This document shows, in pieces, positions 49,916-62,002 of a DNA stretch of 64,000 nt. This DNA comes from Antedon mediterranea. Taxonomy: Eukaryota; Animalia; Echinodermata. The translations under genes and the position numbers were made by a program. Where the stretch lies: the NCBI RefSeq assembly GCF_964355755.1, contig NC_092679.1, positions 18,583,432-18,647,431 of the forward strand. The letters run 5' to 3'. Each line of letters starts with the position of its first letter. The stretch's first letter is position 1. The notes below the pieces were generated by a model that was not told the DNA's origin, searched no databases, and was given only the letters and a program-made list of their open reading frames with translations.

Positions 49916-50500
49916 CTAGGTTTTAGTAAAGGGTTTTACTTCAGTGCATTCATAAAAGAAATGGACATCATCCTCTACTACGTTGCATTGTAGGCAAGTA
50001 TCTGTGTTGCTTATTTTCCATTTTAACAGCCTTCTTTTGGTAGGTGTTATACAATGCAATAGTTTGATGTTCAACTGTTTAAGTTTATTATCTTTAATAT
50101 CTTTAATTTTTCTTTTCCATGTTAGAGACCAATCGTTCTCCATGTTAAAATATGTTTCCCATTTTGTTTTACTTTTGGATGGTTCTAGACATTTTTCCTT
50201 AATAAAAAAAAGAACATATTTGTTTGCTACTCATATTCAAACATCGAACGTGTGTTGTTTTTGAGTGCTTTTGGTTTTTATTCCTTAAAAAGATTTTCTC
50301 TTTCCATTCTTTTGGAATTGCGTTTAATACAATTTGCCATTCAGCAATCCAGTTTGATTTATACCTAAGCATATCAAGTAATTCATTTGCGTTAATGAAC
50401 CTATTCTCAATTACAATATCCTTAATATTTCGCACACCTGACCTTATCCAGTTTCTAAAATAATGACATGTCCTTGTATAAAATCATTTTGTTATACCAG
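49916..50500 (-). mobile_element. L1/Tx1-like LINE ORF2 C-terminal fragment with Cys/His motif
   Basis: KLKQLNIKLLHCITPT..LLKWKISNTDTCLQCNVVEDDVHFFYEC (zf-RVT-like). Confidence 0.75.
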
Positions 50501-50914
50501 AGTTGTTGATGCAATAGGCATTTGTGTGTGTGTTATATAGGCCAAAATTTAAAAGTTCCGTAAAAGATTTTCCCCAAGACCCTGGGATGGGATTTTTTTT
50601 TCTGACATTCTATATGGTATACTCTATCAGAAAAAAAGGAAAAAAATGTTCCTATACTTTTTTCCCGCAAAATTTGTACTGCACCCAGGCTACTAATGTT
50701 ATATACAAAACACAAATTGGGTTTGTTTAAATGAGTTCAAATAAAAAAATTGGACTCATTTTTAAGACAAGGCCTAATTCCCAGGGTGCAAATTTTACAT
50801 AAATCATCGTGTCTATTTATTCGTTTCTGTAAACGACAATGTACTATAGTCCTGCGGTACGTACATTTTTACGCTGAAATTACTGTGTATTCGAGAACCA
50901 TCTGTGGACACGAC

Positions 50915-50951
50915 CTAGATGGTACGCGAGCGAAGCGAGCGTACCATCTAG
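50915..50951 (+). mobile_element. Hairpin ending in CTAG|T, possible Helitron 3' terminus
   Basis: CTAGATGGTACGC-GAGCGAAGCGA-GCGTACCATCTAG followed by T; the 5' end was not located. Confidence 0.4.
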
Positions 50952-51156
50952 TATCTATAATTATAATAATATAATATATGTATAATGTTTGAAATGGGGG
51001 TCAGTTCTTCTTTAACTTCTTCAAGTTGAAGACCTCCATCCACACTCATATTTCTTTTAATCTAATTTATAATTAATCTATGTTATATTAGAATGTACAA
51101 CTGTATTATTTGAGGTGTTTGGAAAATGTAATACAACAAACAAACAAAGTCACAAT

Positions 51157-51538
51157 CCTCCTGGAAACCATTATTCAAAATATACCTCTTTCGAAACTGT
51201 TTTACCACAAACTAAACGTAAATTCTGATCCAAAATCAAAGTTACTGAACTCATCAACAACAACACTCGGAGAGCCAGTAAAGTTGGCGGCTACACCACT
51301 TATACCAGTTGTATATATGTAAAGTCTGTACCATTAGATCTTCCATGGCGTTCATTGCCAGATGTATCATTGACGTCACTCTTAAACGCGCAATAAGCAA
51401 GTAAATAGTCGTTCTCTCCAACCAAGAGACTGTCAGTAGTTAGACATTGGCTAATAGACTTATTTTCCAGACCATTAGTTGCGGATTCCGTTTCCATTGT
51501 ACTGCCACCTTCATCTGGAGGATTCCGTTACCACCATT
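51157..51538 (-). pseudogene. Internal fragment of a type B family copy (linker end plus first half of LamG)
   Basis: METESATNGLEN...YLLAYCAFKSDVNDTSGNERHGRSNG followed by a frameshift; no signal peptide or C-terminus. Confidence 0.75.
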
Positions 51539-51792
51539 TTTTCTAATAATAGTAACTATATATTTTCAAATACTATCGACTCCTAAACTTACTGTAACTT
51601 CAGGAGGCCAGAAGAAAATATTATTCCATGGGTAAGGCGCATCACATTATTCAATCATACTTCATTATTATTATACCTGCATTTGATTACAGTTCTAAAC
51701 ATGATAAGGCCTACTCACACGATGAATACCGTACAATATATATTTATAATCCCGAAAAAGAATTTAATGGGCGGCAAACGCTGCCTTAATAC

Positions 51793-52785
51793 TTATGGTA
51801 TCTTAGTAATATTATAGTAGTAGGCTTCTACTTGTTGTGACGACACAAAACTATTGTAAAACTGGACCTCATCAATCAAGCCATAGAAATAATGTTCGTT
51901 GTTGCCATATGCTGTTCCAATAACGACTGGGTTGGGATTGATCGGTATAGGACCAGAGCAACAGTCAGACTGACCAGATTGCGTTTCTGCATTGACATAA
52001 AACGCTGTGTAACTGCCGTTGTAGATTAAAACCACATGTCGCCACATTTGTGTATCCAATGGCGTATACAGAAATCTAGAGTTGTTCCTTTCGGTGAAAA
52101 GTGATGCATATAAATTAATATGATAACCAAGTTTAAATTCAAATTCACTATCAAAACGGAATCCATTATTCAAAATAAACTGGCTGTCAGTGCCTTTTTC
52201 GAAACTTTTATACCACAAACTAACCGTAAATTCCGATCCAAAACTAAAGTTACTGAACATGTCAACAACAATGCTCTGAGAGCCAGTGAAGTTGGCGGCT
52301 AGACCACTTATGCCAGTTGTGTATGTTAAGTCTGTACCACCATTAGATCTTCCATGGCGTTCATTGTCAGATGTATCATTTACGCCACTCTCGAATTCGT
52401 AATAAGCAAGTAAATACTGGTTCTCTCCAACCAAGACATTATGCTCATGATGGGTGCCAGTTTGCGTACTAGACTCAGTTTCCTGACAATTAGTTGAGGA
52501 TTCCATACTTTGAAATTCTTCATCTGACGTCATGAAATTATTTTGCCGATTCTCATTAAATTGGTGAGGAGCAACTAGTTTATATTCGTTGCAAACATCA
52601 TCCACACTCTTTTCGAGAAACTTAAATTTAACACTGGAACACTTAATGCATTTTGAAAGTGAAACTACCTTTAACATACATTTCTCTCGATCAGCCAATT
52701 TCACTAGTTTTTGGTCGATTGTACATTTACCATTTACGACAAATATTCCAAGAGCTACGATCAGCATTAACGAACTGCAATACAT
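51793..52785 (-). CDS. Secreted LamG/ConA-like protein, type B, intact (330 aa)
   Basis: Signal peptide, Cys motif, one acidic linker unit, YLLAYYEFESGVNDTSDNERHG, FTVSLWYK, WRHVVL, QSDCCSGPIP, FYGLIDEVQFYN. Confidence 0.85.
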   Translation of the reverse strand: MYCSSLMLIVALGIFVVNGKCTIDQKLVKLADREKCMLKVVSLSKCIKCSSVKFKFLEKSVDDVCNEYKLVAPHQFNENRQNNFMTSDEEFQSMESSTNCQETESSTQTGTHHEHNVLVGENQYLLAYYEFESGVNDTSDNERHGRSNGGTDLTYTTGISGLAANFTGSQSIVVDMFSNFSFGSEFTVSLWYKSFEKGTDSQFILNNGFRFDSEFEFKLGYHINLYASLFTERNNSRFLYTPLDTQMWRHVVLIYNGSYTAFYVNAETQSGQSDCCSGPIPINPNPVVIGTAYGNNEHYFYGLIDEVQFYNSFVSSQQVEAYYYNITKIP

Positions 52786-53504
52786 AATCTAATGAAACAA
52801 ACAGTGAAATATGAATTTTTGGAAATAACTTGTAAATTAATAATAAATGAACAAAACTAAGTCCTGCATTGACAACAAGTATAAACAAAAAGAGTAATCA
52901 ACGAAGATTTACAAATTTAAGTTTAAACAAACGACCAACTAGAAAATCTAACAAATGCTTTAGAAATATTCTATTTATGAAGTTCAGATAAACATATAAA
53001 TTACCAAATTTATGAAAATACGAGGCCTACTTTAAATTAAACCTTAACTAACGTTGTCAATAACTAAGCAAACGAGTACATATCTGTTTTATTTTGTTGA
53101 AAGAATTATGGAACTAACTTACAAATGTGTACTTTGATACCAGCCGTCGCATTAAATTACCACTACTGGCTACTCTACCATTAATATTGATCACTTTCGT
53201 AGGTAATAACTCGTTTTGTTTCCACAATGAGTATACTGATATACTTTTACATGACAAAATGACAAACATACAAAAAGATTATTAACCTCTATTGTGTGAA
53301 AATGAAAACAAAAATCGAGCTTTAATTGGGTACAGGCAATGACAATGAGACACTGTCTTATTCGTGTTTAATTAAACCTCAATGAGTGTCAAGTTTTGGA
53401 TGCATCGACCATCCATCTGCCCCAACCACTGCTAATCGAAAAGGGTGTGGTCATGTGGTGGACAAAATGTGGCTTGGATATATATGTATTTATAAGTATA
53501 TATG

Positions 53505-53535
<31 letters not shown>

Positions 53536-53910
53536 TTCGGTATCTTTTATTCATCAACAAGTATATACATAAAACAATTCATGGCAGTATAAACTGAATT
53601 GCGAACTAAGTAGTTAAAAACATTATACTAAATATACAGAATTAAACAAAATGAGCAAAATGAAGATTAATACATTAGTTAAGTTACGGTTATGTGATTG
53701 CCGGTGTTTGTCTTATATAAGGTTTATTCGAAGTTATTAATATAAAAAAAGGAAAAGGAAGTGAAAATAGTCTATATATATATATATAAATCCAAAGCCA
53801 AATTACTGAAAAAATGGCAATGCTGTGGGTATCAGTGGCTGGATCTCAATGGAGATACAAAATAAAAGCGAAAAGCTAAATCAAAACGAGAAGTAAAACA
53901 GCCAGAAAAG

Positions 53911-53954
53911 TTAGCAGAGCTTTCGGGCAACACTGGCCCTTCATCAGTGCAAGT
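53911..53954 (-). ncRNA. Second minimal hammerhead ribozyme motif
   Basis: Minus strand TTGCA-CTGATGA-A-GGGC CAGTGTT GCCC-GAAA-GCTC-TGC: core, stem II, palindromic AGCT and a short stem I. Confidence 0.6.
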
Positions 53955-53966
53955 GAATGAATTTGG

Positions 53967-54001
<35 letters not shown>

Positions 54002-54006
<5 letters not shown>

Positions 54007-54180
54007 GTATGATACTCGCCCTGTAAGCGAGAGGTTGCAGGTTCGAATCCAGCCAGAGACATTTTTTCATACAACTAAAAAATATGGAACTTTCGCCAAT
54101 GAGCTATGCTCGACGCGATTATGAGATCATGTTCCGAATATGAGCACTGTTTCTATAATTTACAGTATGATTTATATATA
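54002..54180 (+). mobile_element. Second (5'-truncated) copy of the tRNA-derived repeat
   Basis: Near-identical to 49513-49690 and bounded by (TA)n. Confidence 0.75.
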
Positions 54181-54961
54181 ATTTACACAGTGCTACGCAA
54201 CATCATTGATTTATATATATATATATATATATATATCGAAATGTATTATTTGAAATTCGTACTTTCTTTTTAAATACCTTATTCATTTGTTTACTGTAAT
54301 TGATAGAAAGAAAGATAATAAAGTTTACGTTGATTGATTGAGAATGTAGGATAGGGTAACGAATTTCAGTTATTTAACATTTTGATATATTTACATAAAT
54401 AAATGCGATTTATTAATTACATTTGGTATATCACATCCTTTGAAAGAATTTGGTAATTCTCAAAGAAATTGATTTATAATGATCTACAATTTACTAAATA
54501 TTTTGATAACATTTTTAGCGTATTTTATCATGTCTTGATATTACTGTAATTGTGTTTTATTTCATATTTAGTGGGTATATACTTGATAATACAGGTCACC
54601 ATATTAGACCCAAACAAAATAAACACCTTCCTAAAAACCCTTCTGAACAATAAAAGCCCCGGGCATTTATCCAAAAGAAATACATTATCTACATTTTCAT
54701 CTTAACATAACGCATTGAATTTCAATAAATGCGATTTCTTTTAGCCATCACTTCTCATAGTTCAGAAATATATCCATGTAAACCAGCTTCTTTTCTTAAA
54801 TATTCTACTAAAAGCAATTAATTCACAATTACAGTGCTAAAACTAATGTTATGATGTCGGTAAATTAGTATGTAAAATACAGTAGGCCTTACTAAACTTT
54901 ATAAAAATGTCTTCAAATTCTCAGCTAGCTATATTAGTTAACATGTTGATGTTGGATCATT

Positions 54962-55532
54962 TTATTTAATAATTTCAGTCACGTTGTAATAGTAGGTTTC
55001 CACATACTGTGAAGCAACTGTAATATTGTAAAATTGGACTTCATCAATCAAGCCATAAAAATAACGGCCGTTGCTGCCATGTGCTGTTCCAATAACGACT
55101 GGGTTAGAATTGATCGGTATAGGACCAGAGCAACAATCAGACTGACCAGATTGTATCTATACATTGACATAAAACGCTAGGCAACTTCCATTGTAGGTTA
55201 AAACCAAATGTCGCCACACTCCAAATTGAGTCACAGGAAAATACTTGAATCTAGAATTAGATCGGAATAAAGTAAAAAGTGATACCAATAACTTATTAGG
55301 ACCAAGTTTGAATTCAAATTCACCATCTTCCCGGAAACCATTATTCAAAATAAACTGGTTGTTATCACCTCCTTCCAAACCTTTATACCACAAACTAATT
55401 GTAAATTCTGATCCAAAATCAAAATTACTAAACTCGTCAACAACAACTCTCTGAGAGCCGGTCGCTTGTACATTTACCATTTACGGCAAATATTCCAAGA
55501 GCTACGATCAGCGTAAACGAACTGCAATACAT
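54962..55532 (-). pseudogene. Recent duplicate of the 62003-63082 gene with a 509-nt internal deletion and a premature stop
   Basis: The junction gagagcc|ggtcgc near 55459 joins positions equivalent to 62500 and 63010. GAG>TAG at 55157-55159. Flanks are near-identical to those of the 62 kb copy. Confidence 0.85.
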
Positions 55533-56164
55533 ACTCTAATGAAACAAAGAATAAATGCCGCATATACGTGGTAGTTTTCAGTGAATATGAATTTTGTAAA
55601 AAAATAAACTTGTAAATTAATAATAAATGAACAAAACTAAGTTCTGCATTGACAAAATGTATATAAAAAAAAAATAAATCAACGAAGATTTACATATACA
55701 AATATACGAGTTTTAAAATAATTAATAGTTGAGAGGCTATCCACATTGAAATGTCTAAATATAAACAAAAGTAATGAATGACTGTGCGTTTAAACCAAGG
55801 ACTAACTAGAAAATCTAACAAATGCTTTATAAATATTAGCGATTTATGAAGTTCAGATAAACAGATAAGTTACCAAATTTATGAAAATATGATAACTTGT
55901 CGAGGCCTACAGTACTTTAAATTAAACCTTAACCAACGTTGTCAATAGGTAAACTAACAAGTACATGTCTGTTTTACTTTGTTGAAAGAATTATGGAACT
56001 AACTTACAAATGTGTAGTTTGATACCAAACCGACGCATTACATGAGCACTACTGGATACTCTATCTTTAGTATTGATCACTTTCGTAGGTAATAACTTGT
56101 TTTGTTTCCTCAATGAGTATACTGATATACTGTACGTTTACATGACAAAATGACAAACACACTT

Positions 56165-56672
56165 TAAGTTGTGCTTATGTGATATTGAAAAACAAAAATG
56201 CATTCAAAAATTTAGTTCACATAATAAGTTAAGGCTCTTTTCTCTTTATAAAAAAGAAATATGTTTAAGTTATCACTTGACCAACATCATTAATTTTAAA
56301 CAAAGAAGATTATTAACTAAGTTACGTTTAGGGATATTAGAGCTAGAAATTGAAAAGGGCAGATGGGAGGGTGTAGAAAGGTATAAGAGAACGTGTAAAT
56401 TATGTAAAAAGAACATTATTGAGTATGAATATCATTTTATTTTGCAATGCACATTTTATAATGATTTAAGAAAAAGTTTTATTCCAAGATTTATTCGTGT
56501 TTTTACTTCTATTAATAAGCTATGTTTATTACTTTCCAACACAAATTTTACTTATAATTTAGGAAAATACGTCTACTTTGCTTTTGAAAGAAGAAATCAT
56601 TATCTTAAGTTATAGTTATTTTTTATTTGTTTGTATTAGGGCCAAAGGCCAATATACATTGAACTAATAAAT
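56165..56672 (+). mobile_element. LINE 3' fragment with CCHC-like motif (RTE-X-like)
   Basis: RRLLTKLRLGILELEIEKGRW..RTCKLC..EYEYHFILQC..YNDLR followed by AATAAA. It interrupts the conserved upstream module at CAAACACAC (compare 63701). Confidence 0.7.
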
Positions 56673-56777
56673 TCCCTGAAGAGGGAAAGAAGAAGAAACT
56701 ATTTTGTAGAATTTGTTTAATATTCTCCGCAATAACACAAAACCAATAAACATAAACAATTGATTTCCAATAAATGA

Positions 56778-56944
56778 GATTTACTATTGATTTACTTAAA
56801 GATGTATGAAAAATGAAGATTAATAAAAGCAGATTTACTATTGATTTACTTAAAGATATATAAAAAATGAAGATTAATAAAAGCAGATTTACTATTGATT
56901 TACTTAAAGATGTATGAAAAATGAAGATTAATAAAAGCAGATTT
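56778..56944. repeat. Tandem repeat, 3 x about 54 bp, spanning the left end of a family 2 MITE
   Basis: GATTTACTATTGATTTACTTAAAGATGTATGAAAAATGAAGATTAATAAAAGCA x3. Confidence 0.85.
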
Positions 56945-57342
56945 TGATTAGGCCATTTGGAATTTTTATCAAGTTATTTACTTATGTAAAAAAAAGAAAA
57001 CCAACAAACATACTGATTTTACTTACAAAAAGACAAAATAAACGGTTAAATTTAACCAAAAACAGACAGAATACTTTTTGCTTAAAATTACATTATTTTC
57101 AGGTATAATAATAATTTTAATTTTCGATCCAAAATTTGGGGAAAAGTGAATATCTAAATGTGACATTAAAATTACATTAAAATTATTTTTTCAGGGGTCA
57201 AAATATCTTTAAATTTCCTACCTAAAGAAATAAATTTACAATGTTGGTACTAAGGCCAAAAACGAACTACGAATTCAGAGTAAGCCTATATTTCACTATA
57301 TTTAAACAGGTTAACAAACGATGCGTCACTCAGAAATCAACT

Positions 57343-58569
57343 TTAAATTTCAATCACATTATAATAATAGGCTTCCACTTGTTGTGATGTCACAGAACTA
57401 TTCTAAGATTGGACTTCGTCAATCAAGCCATAGAAATAACGTTCGATCTTTTTATGTGCTGTTCCAATAACGATTGGGTTAGGATTGATTGGTATAGGAC
57501 CAGAGCAACAGTCAGACTGACCAGAGCAACAGTCAGACTGACCAGAGCAACAGCCAGACTGACCAGGTTGTATTTGTGCATTGACATATACAGCTGCGTA
57601 AATGCCGTTATAGGTTAAAACCACATGTCGCCACACTCCAAATTGAACCACAGGCTTATACTTAAATCTAGATTCACGTCGGGTAAAAATACTGTTAAAT
57701 TAGGATCATTCATCATATGACCAAGTTTAATTTCAATTTCACCATCCTCATGGAAACCATTATTCAAAATAAACTGTTTACGATCACCTCTTTCGAAACT
57801 TTTATACCACAGACTAACCGTAAATTCTAATCCAAAATCAAAGTTACTGAACTCATCTACAACAATGCTCTGAGAACCAGTGAAGTTGGCGGCTAGACCA
57901 CTTACACCAGTTGTGTATGTTAAGTCTGTACCATTAGATCTTCCATGGCGTTCATTGCCAGATGTATCTTTGACGTCACACTCAAATGCGTAATAAGCAA
58001 GTAAGTACTGGTTCTCTCCAACCAAGACATTGTGTTGATGGGTGTCAGTTTGAGTACTAGACTCACCTTCCAGACAATTAGTTGACAATTCAAATTCCAT
58101 TGTATGAACTTCATTTGATGTCACGACATCATCATCCATCTCCGATTGTGTACTAGACTCGTTTTTCCAGACCATTAGTTAAGGATTCCGTTAATACCAT
58201 TGTATTACGACCATCTTCATCTGATGTCATAATATTACCATTCATCTCGGATTGAGTACAAGAGTCATTTCCCAGACCATTAGTTGAGGATTCCGTTTCT
58301 ATTATATTTGTATTATCAACTCCTTCATTTTGATTCTCATTGAATTGGTTAGCCAAACCAAAGCCAATCAGTTGATATTTATTGCAAACATCATCCGTTT
58401 TAACATGGGAATATGTAATGCATTTTGATAGTGAAACCACTTTCAACATACATTTCTCGAGATCTGCCAATTTCACCAGTTTTTGGTTGTTTCCACATTT
58501 TGTTTGACGTTTACCATTTACGTCAAAAATTGAAAGAACCACGATCAACGTTAACACGCTGTAATACAT
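57343..58569 (-). pseudogene. Type B family copy with two frameshifts and a late stop
   Basis: ORFs 58584-58153, 58175-57615 and 57651-57403 tile the intact paralog. ATG at 58569, ancestral TAA at 57343, premature TAG at 57403. Confidence 0.8.
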
Positions 58570-61500
58570 AATCTGATAAAACAAAATAAAACTGTATGTG
58601 AAAACTAGCTGTTAATTCGTATTAAAAAAAACAAACTTGAAAATACGAGTTAGTTAAAGCAAGGATAGGAACTACAGTCCTTTGATCTTATGTCTGGCTG
58701 CGACAAATACCAACAGTACTATAAATAATCTCCGCGGCGCACGGTGTATGTTAGGGATGTGGAACTGATCGTGTCGCAACTACAGATAAACCGTATGATC
58801 TCCGAAAATCATCATCCTGTGATTGCCTTAGAGTTTAGAGGTTCTCCACATTTTTGCCCAATAAACATAGTGAACAAATGACAGTCAATCAAAGGAGACA
58901 AATGGAAAATAAATAACGATAACAGAAAATTACGAAATTATGTTACCTTCAACATGAACCAGATTGTAATAAATCGACGGAAATAGCAGAAGCATCACAT
59001 GCTTAACTTCATAATGTAGCCAATCACATGAACTTCACAATAGTTACAATACAATAACAAGCGCATATTCCTACAGAAGACTTTCTGAATGTATTATCTT
59101 ACAATACTGTTACACGAATAAATTCTTTTTGTATACTCGTCACGTTATATTGATCTTTCTCTCTCTAAAAAAAAGTAAAACCAATATACAGTTACATGAC
59201 AATGCCAGAATACACAAAGATGATTAAGTCAATATTAGTTAAAGGCAGTTTTCTCTTTTTAATCAATATTCAATTTATGACTTGATTTATATACAATAGA
59301 CGTACCACAGTATCAATGTGTAAACCAGTATTTTAAATATTAGTTTTACTGTGAAATTTTAAATGTACGAATTGCCCCTTTATATTACATTTTAAACATT
59401 TTATTGAATAATTTTATATATTTTATAACTTTCGTATGGTAATAACTCGTTATGTTGTCTCAAAGTACAGGTAGGCTACACTGTATACATTTACATGACA
59501 AACACACAAAAAGATGTTCAACCAGTATTGTGCAAAAATAAAGCGTTTTAATTGGTTACAGGCAATGAGAATATAGGATTCTAACATTCCTTATTCCAGG
59601 TAAACTTAACGAGTGCTAATATTTGAGTCTAGCATTGACCATCAATCTCCGAACCTCTTATAAAGGCACAGATGAGTGGTAACGATAAGCGTAAAACCGT
59701 GTAGATTGTCCCGCTATCCTGAGCGGAGTTTCTTCTCAACCGCCCGTCCGCTTTTTGGGTAAATATAGTATAGATTTTATATTATTATTGTTATCCGATT
59801 ACCGTTTACCGCTATCACTCGTCTGTGTAAATCTGCCTTTAAAGATGTATTTTCACCCAATCAGACTCTCAATAGTCCGTTTTGCAGTTTTAATAAAGTT
59901 ATTCACTTCTGATTTCACATATAAAGCCAAACGAAACGATTAATTTTAAACAAAAAAACATTTTCTGATAAACAATTTTAGTTTTTTTTCTTTAAATTAC
60001 TTTTTTTTAAGAAAAATTATTTTTTTTTTCAAAAGAATAGTAGTTATTTATCGTTGTTTTGTTTTAAAGTGGAATAATTATTACAGTCTGTCGTTTTCTT
60101 TTTATGTTGCCATCTTGTATAAGATCAGGGATAAGAGCTACAGAAAATGTTTTTATCCAGTTAGCTGCTGCTGACTGAATTCCATTTGACAGACAAAAAC
60201 TTTCTTTCTTTCTTTCCACCAATGGCGAAAACGACTACTAGTTGCGAACAAGACATTTGATGAAATCTCCACCTGGTCTATCTTGTCCGACTTATCTTTT
60301 AATTCGTATCTTGTTCATGAGTTTTTGATCGGAGGTCGGGAAGGGGCTAATTGGACCATCTGTATGCTAAATCATCCTTCTGGGAATTAAAGTTTTTTTT
60401 TGCGGGGAATTTTAATCATATAATTTATTTTCTATTTATTCAGAGACTAGGGTTCGCACGGTCTTCAAACTTGGTTTCGGTATAAGAAAAAAAACGAGTT
60501 AGGCCGTCAAGGTCAAATATCAAAATGTTCAAATTGCTCCGATCGAGCTGAAACTTGGTTGCTTGTATATTCACGTCAAATATTCAAAGAAAAAACTCCG
60601 CAATACATAATCTAGTGAAAAAAAAAATGATGGTGGATATGCATGGTTTTCTGTAAAAATGTGAACTTAATGACATAAACTTGTAAATTAACGATAAATG
60701 AACACAATTTTGACAAAATGTACACAAAATAGAAATACAAATAGAAAATTTACATATAGAAACATACGGGTTTACAAACAATTAATAGGTGAGAGGCTAT
60801 ATCCACATTGATTGAAATGCAAATATAACAAATGTAATATAGGAACGATCAGTACATACCAAAGACCAACTAGAAAACGCAACAAATTCTTTTAAACTTT
60901 TGGATTAAGTTTAGATAAACATATACATTTACCAATTTTATGAAAATACGCTAACTTGTTGAGGCCTACTTTAAGTTCCAAACTAACGTACTGTACTGTA
61001 CCTATCTTTCTAATTTTTTGAAGAGAATCATGAAACTAACTTACAAATGTGTAGTTTGATCCAATTGACAATTTAAATGATTTTTAATGACTTTAATATT
61101 GATCACTTTTGTAGATAAAAACTACTCTTTTGTTTTCTCAAATGGATATACATTTACATGGCCAAACAAAAAGATTAACCACTATTGTGTAAAAATCAAA
61201 AATAAATCGAGCTTTAATTGGTTACACGAAATTGAAATAAGACTCGATTGTATTCGTGTCAAGGTAAACTCAATGAGTGTCAAGTTTTAGATCCAACGTC
61301 GGCCACTCATCCGCCCAAACCTCCTCTAGAGTAAAACACTGCTAATCGACCAGGGTGTGGTCATGTGGTGGACAAAATGTGATTTTGATATATATGTATT
61401 TATAAGTACATGTGATTACCGGTGTAAGGAATTTCAGTTATTTAACATTTTGATATTTACACATTTATTTTCATCAATCAAGCAAGCAAAAATCAAAAGT

Positions 61501-62002
61501 AAGATTAAACATTTAATAAAATACAAAACTGTATAACAATCTATTCTCCGCAATAACACAAAGTTTTCATCTAGTAAGCATAATCAATTGATTTCCAATA
61601 AATGCGATTTATTATTTCGTTTGGTGTATCACATCATTGGTAATACCCAAAGAAATTGATTTACAATGATTTACAATTTACCAAGCATTTTTATACAATA
61701 CATAAAAACCCTTCTGAACAATAAACGCCTCGAGGCGTTTATCCAAATAGAATACAGTATCTTCATTTTCATCTTAACACGATTTTCAATAAATGCGATT
61801 TCTTTTTTCTTTCAGACGTCACATTATTTCTAGTTCAGATATATATCTATGTAAACCAGCTTCTTTTCTTAAATATTCTACCGAAAGCAATTAATTCACA
61901 ATTACAGTGCTAAAAGTATTTGACAAGCTAAATTAAAATTCTTAAAAATGTCTCCAAATTCTCAGCTAGCTATATTAGTTTATATGGTATTGTTGGACCA
62001 TT

